A DNA stretch of 64,000 bases from Eledone cirrhosa. Taxonomy: Eukaryota. The stretch spans positions 60,946,001-61,010,000 of the forward strand of contig OZ024744.1 in assembly GCA_964016885.1 (NCBI GenBank), given 5' to 3'. Shown in pieces: positions 39,785 through 51,294 of the stretch (positions are counted from its first letter, which is position 1; the number at the start of each line of letters is the position of its first letter). The notes beneath the pieces were generated by a model that searched no databases, was not told the DNA's origin, and saw nothing but the letters and a program-made list of their open reading frames with translations. A program made the position numbers and the translations under genes.

Positions 39785-40125
39785 ATGACAGGAATGAAAA
39801 TCAGTGCTACGAAGACCGAGATGCTTGTCCTTTCAAGGAAGTCTGTGCAAGTGAAGTAGAAGTTCCACTGAAGCAGGTGGAGAAATTCAAGTATCTTGGG
39901 GCTGTGTTCATGAGTGATGGAAGGTGGGAAGCCGAATTAAGTGCAAGAATTGCAAGAGCTGGTGCAGTATTTGGTCATCAGAAGAAGGGAGGTGGGTGTA
40001 AAAGCCAAACTTGCTATTTTCAATTCAGTATTCATGCCAACCCTTACCTACGGTCATACACCATGGGTAATGACTGAAAGAATACAATTGCAAATGCAAG
40101 TGGCCAAAATGGGGTTCCTCGTCCT
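39785..40125 (+). mobile_element. RTE LINE fragment, different subfamily (no PHD insert)
   Basis: GMKISATKTEML...VEKFKYLG and PTLTYGH..W motifs. Confidence 0.75.
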
Positions 40126-40334
40126 CCACCGAAGAAAGAAAAAATAAGATTAAAATATAGAAGTAAATTATTGAGATATAATATAGAAATAAAATAGTCT
40201 TTTGTAGGAACAAATTATAGGAATATTAGGGAGAATATTTGATTATAGATAAGAAAGAAAATAAAATATAAATTTTAAGAATAAAATGGATTTTATAGGA
40301 AATATAGAGGAATATTATATAGAACATAGGACTA

Positions 40335-40963
40335 TCTACCAATATATAATACTCTTGTTTATTTATCCGTCACACACTAGATATGACTGAGGAAGGAAGG
40401 GGTGATAACATCGATTGAGGAAGGAAGGGGTGATAACGTTGACTGAGGAAAGAGGGTTGGCAGTGTCTAATATTCACTACACCTATGTGTGTCTATATGT
40501 ATAGTGAATTGGCTAGACACATTGGCTGTTATGATTGTGTGTGTGTATATGTGCGTTTGTGTAAATTATATTTACATATAATATTTGTGTGAATGTATAT
40601 GTGTTTGTGTGTGTTTATTTAGAAAGATACATAGACAATAGAATTACAAACACACGAATCTACACATACATATATATATATATAAACAGACACACTTAGA
40701 AAAAAATAATTATTACATACACACACATCTATGTGATGGCTGAAGAAGAGGGGGTGAGAAACTATAGAAGTCCAGCATTCTAAGATTCGTCATACTTGTG
40801 TGTGTGTGTAGTAATTTGGCTACACACATTGACTGTGTGTGTGTATGTTTGTATCACTTGTGTGAGTGAGTGCGAAGCAACCAACCAACCAACCAACAAA
40901 CATCTCTTTTTTTTATATTATGTTACAATTATCCGTCATTTTTTACAGCAAGGGGCCAGCTAG
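40335..40963 (+). mobile_element. Possible Helitron-like element
   Basis: A|TCTACCAATATATAA start and CTAG|T end. Shares the gactgaggaaggaaggggtgat unit with 2208-2428 and internal similarity to 43500-43620. Confidence 0.45.
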
Positions 40964-41297
40964 TATATATTAAAGAAATGATATATAGAAGGTTAAATAT
41001 AATAAATAAGTAAGTAAATAAAACAAATTATGAAGTAGAGGAATAACAATAAAGAAATGAAATGGTTAGACCAGGATAGACATGGCTAAAGATAACGGGG
41101 GGGGGGGGATGAAAGCCAAGGGCTGGGAGAGGGGCGATGTAAATGATAGAGCAAGCAAAATGGAGAAGCTTGAGATTGGGGCTTGCAAGGCTAAGCCAAT
41201 CTTTGGCAGGGAAAAATGGCCTTAAAATATTTGTTGTTGATAAAGAGCTCTAAGAAATTATGAAATATAAGAATATAATAAATAAAAGCATACTTAC

Positions 41298-42077
41298 GGG
41301 GCAAAGATGTGAATAGTCACTTATATATCTGCCGATGTGTGGGTATTTATTGGACAAAGCCATAATCAAGAGCAGCGCTTCTCGTGCTTGCTGTCCAACC
41401 CTGCCGTCCCGATGGATGTACAGTATCAAAGAGAATATCAGGCACTCGGCTGGCACTTTTCCCCCTTCTATCGAGAAAAACGTTTCCAGTGTAGATGTCT
41501 GCTGTGAAATACAGATGCAGATCTGATGCAACACCTGAGCTAGGAGTTCCTCAACTTCTTTTGACTTTAGATGATCGGTGCATGAGGAAAGCAGCTTCAT
41601 TAGAGGATGCACAATTGCTCTATGTATGAGAAGTAGCTGTTCAGAGTGAGCTATTAGGTGGTAGAAGATCTTCAGTTGTTCACATATCAGTTTTTCTTCT
41701 AGCTCACGAATCTGTTCACACCATTGACTGAACTTCTCAAATGTGTTATCTTTTATGACTAGCACAAGGATGGGTCCTGGCCGGCCTCGATGGTTGTCAT
41801 CATCATAGCTCTCTTCACTGGCAAGAAGCGTCACCATCTGTTCAAAGTTATGCATCACAGTCTCGACTTCATCCATGCTGTATCGATCTTTTAATGAGCC
41901 ATCTGGCTCTTCGATAACCATCCAAGCTTGCTTCCAGTGGTTCTGAAAAACTTCAAGGCATGTAGCAGGGTCAGTCTCTCGCCGAGAATGCATTTCAGGA
42001 AATCCAAACTCGTCCATGCCACCAGGCAAGAACGGCCGAGCCTCTGGCTTGTTATTAGCACGTTTAAACCAGTTCAT
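41298..42077 (-). CDS. FHIP1: FHIP1/FAM160A-like FHF complex subunit, coding exon 1 (780 nt, start codon)
   Basis: MNWFKR...DPATCLEVFQNHWKQ...IHRDGRVGQQAREALLL...YISDYSHLCP resembles the FAM160A N-terminus. Acceptor ctttcag before 42138 (5' UTR part 42078-42138); donor gtaag after 41298; phase 0. Confidence 0.92.
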
Positions 42078-42304
42078 TGTGAAAGAATCTACCAAAATCA
42101 CTATGGTTGTAATTCTTTAAGCAAAACATATTTGAAACCTGAAAGATAGCAAAATATAAGATAAATAAATAATAATAGAGTGACAATAATATCAATAATA
42201 TAAAAATAAGAATAAAATTATAGTGATAGGAGTAAAATAATAAGGATTTCTTTATTAGCTAAAATGGCTTGCATATAGAATACAGTAAACATCATATACA
42301 TCAT

Positions 42305-42680
42305 GGAGGCACATGGCTTAGTGGTTAGAGTATTGGTCTTGCAATCAAAAGGTTGTGAGTTCAATTCTCAGACCGGGTGATGTGTTGTGTCCTTCAGCAA
42401 GACACTTTATTTCACATTGCTCCAGTTTACTCAGCTATAGAAATGAGATGATAGGGACTGGGGTCCCTATCATGCCACTGCAAAGTGGTCGTGGAGGTAC
42501 CACGGCAAAAAAAGCACCCAACCCACACTGTAAAGTGGACGTGTAGGCGCCACGGAATAAAAAGCACCCAGCACTCACTGTAAATGAGGTTGGTGTTAGG
42601 AAGGGTATCCAGCTGTAGAAATCAAGCCAGAATCAGTTCCTGTCCCACACTTGCAAGCAGAGAAAAGCGGACGTAAAATG
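42305..42680 (+). mobile_element. tRNA-derived SINE with CORE-like domain and RTE-type tail
   Basis: A box tggcttagtgg, B box gagttcaattc, gtgtccttcagcaagacactt; tail gcaagcagagaaaagcggacgtaaaatg. Confidence 0.85.
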
Positions 42681-42754
42681 AAATGAATGAATGAAATGAA
42701 TGTTACAATATAACAAAGTTATATAATGAAGGAAGGGGTAAGGATGTTATACAA

Positions 42755-43135
42755 TCATCATTTTACGTCCGCTTTTCCCTGCTTGCAAGGGTTGGACGGG
42801 TCCTATTCAGCACAGCATCTCCCCACTTGTCACGGTCCTTCGTCATCTTCTCTGTGAGCTTCAGCGATCTGAGGTCTGCCCTCACCACCTCCGTCCATGT
42901 TTTTCGTGGTCTACCTCTACTGCGTCTTCCTTCTACTGGGATTTCTTGGCTCTTCTTTACCCATCGGTCATCCTTCATGCGCATCACATGCCCATACCAT
43001 CTCAGCCTTTTCTCCTGCACACCACAACTTATCCCTCTTATACCCAGTTTTATTCTCAACACGTCCATGCTTGGTCGTTCACGCACATTGACATTGCACA
43101 TCCAATGGAGCATACTTGCTTCATTTCTCTCCAGA
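42755..43135 (-). mobile_element. RTE LINE 3' fragment
   Basis: LERNEASMLHWMC...KRLRWYGHV...RGRPRKTW; close to 7315-7675. Confidence 0.9.
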
Positions 43136-43180
43136 TAGATAAATTTGATAAAACATGAAATATTTATAAAACACACAACC

Positions 43181-46100
43181 TCTCTCTATATAAAATTCTT
43201 TGTCTCTCTGTCTGGCTGTCTTTACCTTATGCATTCTCAAACAGCTCGACCAAATCACATCAAATTTTACAAGGTAATAGTATTAGACCCCCAGGATTAA
43301 CAACATGTAATTTTTATTTTCATTTGGATTAAAACCTAATAACATTTTATTTAAAATAATCTATAGTCAACTATAAATAAACGGACATTTTATAACATGA
43401 TGACGTCACATTTTGTGTGTGAGTGTGTGTGTCTGCAAGTGTGTGTGTGTGTTTGCGTGTTTGTTTCATACATTAGGCCTTAGTAAGTTACATACACACA
43501 TCTTCACATAAATATTTAATCAGATACACAGAGAATTAAACACACACACACACATCTACACATACATACACTTCTGTGACGACTGACATAATGAAATGCT
43601 GGGGGTGAAACTGTGTGTTTGTATGAATGTGTGGCTGTGTGTGTTTTTTATAGGTGTATGTTTGTGTGAGCGTATGTGTATCTGTTCATTTATATTTATA
43701 TTCTCATACCGTTAAATTAGCAGTTAATACATTTGCTTATATTTGGTTAATTTACACTGCATACAAAAATAGAGATTAATATATATTTCTTTTGGATGTT
43801 GATACTTATGTGGGCTTTCAGCATAACTGGCTACAACCTGTTTTGTAAAGACCGCATTAATCGTTGTGGTGCAATGGTCTATGTTCGGTCAAATTTGTCG
43901 GCAATTCCTTGTGTTGATTTGAACCAATCACAGCAGGAAGTTTTTCTGCGCTATACGTATGACCATGTCAACACTGCTACTTGGAGTCGTTTAACGTCCC
44001 CCAAATTACCATCAGGACACTCAACTTTGTGATATCCTCAGAGCTGCTGCCAGGAAAACAACCACTTATGTTTTTTATTGCAGGAGACTTCAATCACCCT
44101 TAGATTGACTGGGAAACCTTTCGTTGGCTGCCAAGTGCATATGACTTCCTTGAGCTAGTGCTGGACTCGAGTTGGTCCCAATTGGTCACCTCCCCAACAA
44201 GAGGTGACAGCACTTTGGACCTACTCTTCACCACTACTCCTGAAACGGTCATTAGTGTTACTGCTGAGGAACCTTTAGGTGACTCTGATCATGCTATGAT
44301 CATTGCCAATCTATCCCTCATGGGCAGTAACAAGAACCACAACCATCTCCAAACTGCTGACTTTGACTGGAATAAAGCAGACTGGAACTGTTACTGCACC
44401 GAGCTGCAACGTCCAAACTGGCTTGAGTTCTACGACTCTGGAGATGTCAACACTGTACTCCAGAATATCCTGAGCTCAATATGGACAGCATGTGCAGCAT
44501 CAGTGCTACGTAAGCGGAAAAAACATCCCAAAAGTACAATTTGGGAGACTGCAGCAGTCCGTCTTGCCAGAAAAGAACATCGCAATGCTGAACGTGAGTA
44601 CAAACTTCACAAATCAAACATCAATAGGAAGAGGCGAAATAAATCGTCCAACCACCTCAAACAGGTGACAAAAAAGGCAGTGCTTCAATTTGAGCAGCGC
44701 ATAGCAACCAGCCCTGACAGTAAGGTGTTCTGGAAGTATGTTCACTCAAAGCAGAGGCCTCACTCTCCAGTTGGTCCTCTTCACAATCCCCACACAAGCC
44801 AGGTTACTGACGACCCCAAGGAATGCGCAGAGCTCATTGCTGAATGCTATGTAGGCATTTTCACTATTGGAGACCAGAGTGTACCGTCTCCACCACCTAT
44901 GACACCGGACTTTATTACAACCATTGAATTTACACCTGCAATGCTGCGACGTCACCTAAAAAATAAACGCAACCATGCCTCTCCTGGTCTTGATGGTGTT
45001 ACGTACCTGCTTCTTAAACGTGGTGGGTACTTCCTTCTGCACCAGCTATCACGCTTCTTCCAATTCTGTCTGTACAACAGTGCTACTCAAGAACAGTGGA
45101 AAACTGCCAGTGTCATTCCTCTGTTTAAAAAGAGTGACTGCACATCACCTGTGAACTATCATCCAGTCAGTCTTACTAGTTGCATTGCCAAACTGATGGA
45201 ATCCTGTGTCAGAGAAACACTTTGGAACTTCTGGAACTCTCACAGTCTTATCCGGCCCTCGCAATTTGGATTTATCCCCAACTCCAGCTGTTGTGATCAA
45301 CTTATCGAGTTTCTTGAAGACATCACCCGGATCACTGATGGCGGCTCATGGGTGTATGTTGTTTACCTTGACTTTGTGAAAGCTTTCAATTCTGTGCCAT
45401 ACAAAAGGCTTATGGCAAAACTCTCTGCAATGGGTGTGAAGGATGATCTTTTTAACTGGTTGAAGTCCTTCATTCTCAGTTGAAGAGAGGTAATCACGGT
45501 TCTGGGACAGCATTCCTCACCATATGAGATGTCATCTGGTGTACCACAGGGATCTGTTCTTGGCCCCCTTTTGTTTGTGGCATATATTGATGACATAGAT
45601 GCCAACTTAAAGAATGCCACAATACTAAATACGCAGATGACATCAAGCTGTACCTTGAGATAAAAAGGACAGATCCTGATCTTGCTTGCAGTCTGACCTG
45701 GACACAATGCAACAATGGATCTCAGACTGGCAACTCAAGCTAGATGTGGGCAAGTGCACCCCCATGCATTTTGGGAGTAAAAACCCAGCGTCCACATACT
45801 CTCTCCACAGCACTAATATCAAGAAGTCTTCTTGTGAACGTGACCTGGACATTACGGTCAGCAGCGATTTGCATTGGACGAAGCACGTCTCTAAAATTGT
45901 CAAGAGGGCTGAGGGTGTCTTAGCATCACTCAGCAAGACCTTTGTCAGCCGCTCTCCAGCTATCTATTTAAGGCTGTACATGGCTATGGTACGGCCACAC
46001 TTAGAATTTGCATCACCAGTCTGGAACCCCTATCTTGCTCAGAACATTGACCGCCTGGAAACTGTTCAGAGAGGTGCAACCAAGCGAATACCCTCCATTA

Positions 46101-47006
46101 GGCATCTACCATACTCTGAACACCTTGCTTCCCTGGGCATGGATACATTGAAGCTCTGACACCTGGCAACTGACTTGGTAAACACCCACAAAATTGTTAA
46201 CCATCTTGCCAACAACAACCCTGAGTACCTTTTTGATTTCCATGTGTCTAACACACATGGACATGCCCACAAAGTCAGAAAACAGCACAGTTCCCATGAT
46301 TTTCGGAAACATTTTTTCACGCCCAGAGTTGCTGAAGCATGGAACAAACTACCTGCATCAGTTGTTAGCTGTCGAGACACTGCATCCTTTAAAACCTCCA
46401 TGCTTCCCGAGATTCGCCAACACTACACCTAATGTTCCCCCTCCATACACATACACACATGTATATCATGACTCATACACTATTCACTTCTCTGACATTT
46501 GTATATTATTCTATGTACTATACGTGCACCTTTGACGAGTTGTAGTGCACCTGAGCACTTTCCACAATAATTTCATTATTATTTTTTTTTTAATATTGAA
46601 AAAAATGTCTTTATTTTAAAAAGTCCGCCCATCTGAATTTAAGAGGCTTCAGTTTACAGTTAAACCAAGTTTTCTTATTTCAATTAACAAATCTCAGCGT
46701 CAATCCCTCAAGGTAGTTGGACTTGATCTCTCTACTATATTTTTCTCCCAAGTTGGAAGCAACAACAATTTATTCATTTGGATACCAACAAAAAATTACA
46801 CAATGAATATTGTTTACTCTGAGGTGCTTCAAGATTGGCAGATTTTCATTTCTAAATTCTATTATCATTACAATTTCGATATTTTTTAATAAAATATAGA
46901 TATTTTGAAATAATTATGAGAAAAAAAAAATATCTTCATATTTATTGTTTACTATTATAGAATAGGAACAGCCGTTGGCCCGGGCAACGCCGGGTCATTC
47001 AGTTAG
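43181..47006 (+). mobile_element. Non-autonomous Helitron with helicase C-terminal remnant
   Basis: 5' TCTCTCTATATAAAATTC. 3' hairpin cccgggcaacgccggg, then TTAG|T. Positions 46630-46835 read FKRLQFTVK...INKSQRQSLKVVGLDL...TMNIVYSEVL. Confidence 0.82.
43810..46590 (+). mobile_element. CR1-group LINE ORF2 (endonuclease + RT) with 3' UTR, disrupted; nested in a Helitron
   Basis: GYNLFCKDR, AGDFN, PTRGDSTLDL, GDSDH, YLDFVKAF, SGVPQGSVLGP, YADD (frameshifted), VRPHLEFA and FFTPRVAEAWNKLP, ending in an (att)n/T tail. Confidence 0.92.
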
Positions 47007-48027
47007 TAATTAATATAAGAACATCATCACTGTTTAACATCCATTTTCCCACGCTAGTGTGGGTTAGATGGGTTGTCCCATTTGAGGCAAGTTGGGTCAG
47101 GTGACTGTGTCTTGCTCACACAGAACTGTTTCTGGCTTGCTTTCTATGGCTGGATACCCTTCCTAGCGCCAACCACAATTACATAGAAAATATATAAAAA
47201 TACTAAAAAAAATATATATAAAGTTTCCGTCCACCCAAACACTGGTTAAATCCACTACTTAAATCAAATCAGAACAACCCATATGCATTACAGACTTCCC
47301 TGGATCACCTATATCTCCTGTTAACATTTCTTTGGTGACTTCATCCACAAAAGCACCCACATCTGGACAAAAGTACTTTTTTTCTTCAGATACTTTTTTA
47401 TTGTTAGCAGTAAGAGACTATTGTCCAGAAGTTCTCAGTAGAAATCTTTTATTTCTGAGTCCATCCACATAGTCAATGGGTTTGTCCCCTCCAAGTTTGG
47501 TTAAGCAACTCACTGTTGTTGGTTCTGACAACCATGTATTTCAAGGAATCACATTATTTAGCCTCTTCTAAAACATTCTGACAGTCTTTTTATTTAATTC
47601 CTATTTTTTTCTTTTCTTTTCAACTCCTGTTACTACAATCTGCTGGCCTTATTCACGCAGAGGCAGCCACATTTATAGAGATTCCTGGATGGTAAGCAGT
47701 TGCTGTTGTGCTTTGTTAGACATGTTTTCCTACAGTTTATCTCTTTTTTTTTAGCTGTAGTTCTGGGTGAAGCGAAGACCAAATATTGTCAGGTATTCAC
47801 AGCCACCTACCAGTTGCGTAATGTGGTTGGTTGAACTTCCACATTAACATTCTATAGAGAATCAATTGGCTGGTCTATTCTAGAGGACTTTTAACTCAGA
47901 AACTACAGATAACTTTGAGAAATTGCAGCCCTGGCAGTGTTACCATTGGGACATTGCTGGTTTGAGCTAAATTCTATAGGCATGAAAGTGCTATCAGTCA
48001 GGCCTGTCCTAGAGGTAAGTGTTGCAT

Positions 48028-48180
48028 ACAGTCATTCAGCATCCTAGATGCCTGTTATTAGTCATTCAGTGTCCAAAATATCTGTATTCAGTCATTCAGT
48101 GTATAGACATTCAGCATCCAAGATGTCTGTATACAGTCATTCAATGTCCAAGATGTCTGTATACAGTTATTCAGTGTCTA
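48028..48180. repeat. Degenerate ~30-bp tandem repeat
   Basis: About 5 units of cagtcattcaRYRtccaagatgtctgtata. Confidence 0.75.
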
Positions 48181-48331
48181 AGTATTGTTAACTTGTGGAG
48201 TTTTGTAGAACAGCTGTGTATAGGAGAGATCTGGCTATCAACTGAGTCTATCAGGAAGATCACTCCATCACCTTCCTTTGGCCACAGGAAGATTAGGATG
48301 CTTTCCTCTGTCTGGTGGTTACGACAAAGAA

Positions 48332-48363
<32 letters not shown>

Positions 48364-49059
48364 GTGGGGTGTGTGGGGTGGGGGATGGGTGTCACAACTG
48401 AAAGGATTGAGGAGAGATACTTTCCTTTACTATCAACGTTTTCAAGTTCCATTTGATGAGAGAGGTGTGAGTCAATAGGGAATTGTTGTTCTCCAATAAA
48501 TTTGTTGAAAGGTGGGTGAGAGTGGCAAGCATGGCTGGGCGAATGGACCTACTCTCAGTGAAGACGCAAGCTAGAGAAGGACACTTATCCATGATTTACC
48601 CCCAAAGTAGTTGGCCTACTCATGGTAAAAAACGAGGAGGTTATATCTGTAGTAAGTAGAGCATTCAGTCCATAGGACAGGTTCGGTATAGAGTTAGTTA
48701 CACAACAAATTAGCAACCCATACTCTTCCATTCTCACCACAGCCGTTCATGGGTTGAAAATCCGCTTGGTGAAACGTGCGTCCTTGAATATGGTTTGTTA
48801 ATTTGTTGTGGAACTAACTACACACACAGACATATATATATATATATATATTAGAGTATGGATTTAACAGAACGGGGATGTGCTGATCATATTATGATCT
48901 GTCAGTTATGAAGCAGATAAAAAGAAGCACTCAACGACCTGTATAACTAACTGAATATGGCTTCCGATCTTTTATTAATATATTTACATACACACACATA
49001 TATATCTACTATATAAATTGGAAGTGGCCATATGTTGTATATTTAAGTAAGTAGGTGTA

Positions 49060-49420
49060 GTCGGATAAACGTCGAAACGGCTTGGTGGAATGCAGCGAAA
49101 ATTTACACAGTTATGCAGAATGACCCAAAGAGACGTTGGGTCGACTTTCAAGCTACAAGCTTCCATGGTTACGGAGAAAATCGATGAAATAGGAATTTCC
49201 CATTCAAATTGAACTGAGAGTAATCTGTGAATGCAGAAGTAAATATTTCGAGAAACATTGCAACCGAAGGAAAACAGGAAGACGATATTTTGGTTCGAGA
49301 AGACGTTCCCTGGCAATGAACGGGAAAAAAGCGAGGATAATACGTCGTTATGTGGACCGAGAAGAACAATTTCATGCAAAGACAAGACCAAGTTTATGGT
49401 ATAAATGGAGTCGTTAGACT
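49060..49420 (-). promoter_or_regulatory. CpG-rich non-repetitive segment; candidate promoter / non-coding first exon of the FHIP1-like gene
   Basis: About 20 CpGs in ~360 bp against a CpG-depleted background. It lies upstream of coding exon 1, which begins at a splice acceptor, so a UTR exon must exist. No donor site was pinned down. Confidence 0.5.
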
Positions 49421-49559
49421 AATATTCTATTTAAAATAACAGAATGATTTCCAGCCCTGGAGTTTAAGAATGATGTAAACAAAATTGAAAACGAAAATGA
49501 CAGAGGTTATTAAAATAGTAAAAGTAAATAGTGAAGATTTAGGCCAGTACATACGTATG

Positions 49560-50069
49560 TCCCGACGGACATACACATACATACGCACACACAAATACAT
49601 ATCCCCCCCCCCCCACACACACACACGCACGCGTATGTATAAACCTTATGCATTTCTACAGTATTTTCACTAAACTTAAGACAGGTTACTTATGTACTCC
49701 GGATGGTCATGGGCACTTTCATTTTTCCAGATATTGATTATAGGGCCTCCCGGCAGATAACCCCCTTTAATCACTTCCTTGGAGTCGACTGAAGCACTGC
49801 AGTGCAATGCTACAAAACGTCATAACTTCTGGAGTTCGCAACCGATTTTCACAAAACTTGACACATGGACTACGTTCGTCCTACAGATGAATGTGAACTC
49901 TCAGAATTGGCACATATTGAGTAGGGGACCCCTGGGGGCAGGAACCCCCTTTTGGAAAACGCCGATGATTTTGTAAAAGTATAGTTTTCGAAGTAGCACT
50001 GAAGTATTGACAAAAATGTTATACACAACTGCTATTTAATACCCGAGCAACGCCGGGTACCTCTGCTAG
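49560..50069 (+). mobile_element. Helitron-like element (5' boundary uncertain)
   Basis: 3' end cccgagcaacgccgggtacctctg-CTAG|T. Confidence 0.65.
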
Positions 50070-50191
50070 TATATATATACCAATGCGAGCAGGGAAAAGA
50101 ATGGACGTTAAATGGTGATGATGTTATATAGATATAAGAAATATAAAAACAAAACAAAAAAAAAACATGGGCGAACAAAACAATACAATAA

Positions 50192-51029
50192 TCTCTGTAT
50201 ATAAAATTCTTTGTCTCTCTTAAAACAATCTTTCTATAGTCAACTATAGTAAATCACAACGACAACGTCATATTTTGTATATGAGTGTGTATGTGTTTGT
50301 GAGTGTGTGTGTGTTTGCAAGTTTGTTACGTACGTTAGGCCTCAGAGAATTAAACACACACACACATCTACACATACATATGTGGTGACTGACAAGTAAT
50401 AGGTGTGCGTGAATGTATGTCTGTGTGTGCCTGTCTTAGTATATGTATGCGAGTGTATGTTAGAGTGTATGTGTATGTGAGAATTTATGTATGTGTGAGT
50501 GTATATACTCTTTTATCTGTTCCAGGCATCCGGCTGAGGCCATGCTGGGGCACGATAATTTTTATTTTCATTTGGATTAAAACAATTGTAAACAACACAA
50601 CGATGTCACATTTTGTATATGTGAGTGTTTGCACGTTTGTTAGGTACGTTATTAAATACACACATCTACGCATACATACACATGTGACGACTGACAAAAA
50701 AAATGAGGTTAAAAGCTATGCGTGCGTCTCGTGAATGTATGTCTATGTGTGTCTGTCTTAGTATATTTATGTGAGTGTACATGAGAGTGTATATGTGTGT
50801 GCAGGAACAATTTATTCATTTGGACATCAACAAAAAATTACACAATGGTGCTTCAAGATTCACAGATTTTCATTTCTAAATTCTATTATCATTACAATTT
50901 TGATATTTTTTTCTATAAAATATAGATATTTTGAAATAATTATGAGAAAAAAAAACATCTTCATATTTATTGTTTACTAATCTTAATAAGAACAGCAGTA
51001 ACCCAGGCAACACCGGGTAATTCAGCTAG
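50192..51029 (+). mobile_element. Non-autonomous Helitron, same family as 43181-47006
   Basis: A|TC start with the same 5' ~30 bp. The last ~230 bp match 46760-47006. Hairpin plus CTAG|T end. Confidence 0.85.
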
Positions 51030-51294
51030 TGATGATATGTAAATATATAAAAAAAAGTCAACAAAAAAAAAAAAACAACATGGGAGGACAAAACAATTTA
51101 ATAATGATATAGTGGAAATAACACTTGATATAGTAGAAAAAAACCTTAATATTTCAGAAGTTAGTCCTTCATCAGAAGATTTAGTCTTTTAGCATTTACA
51201 TTACTCTATATATATACTATTATATTTTTCATGGTAAATGCTTTATCTCACATAATATTGAATCTATAAGATTTTGAAAGTATTTATTTTGAGA

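Noticed and set aside
42305-42380. tRNA-like sequence with A and B boxes (also 30588, 35698, 22772)
   Set aside because: These are SINE heads continuing into repeat bodies; no proper acceptor stem was found.
48984-49391. 135-aa minus-strand ORF over the CpG-rich segment
   Set aside because: Non-ATG start and no recognisable domain; better explained as promoter/UTR.
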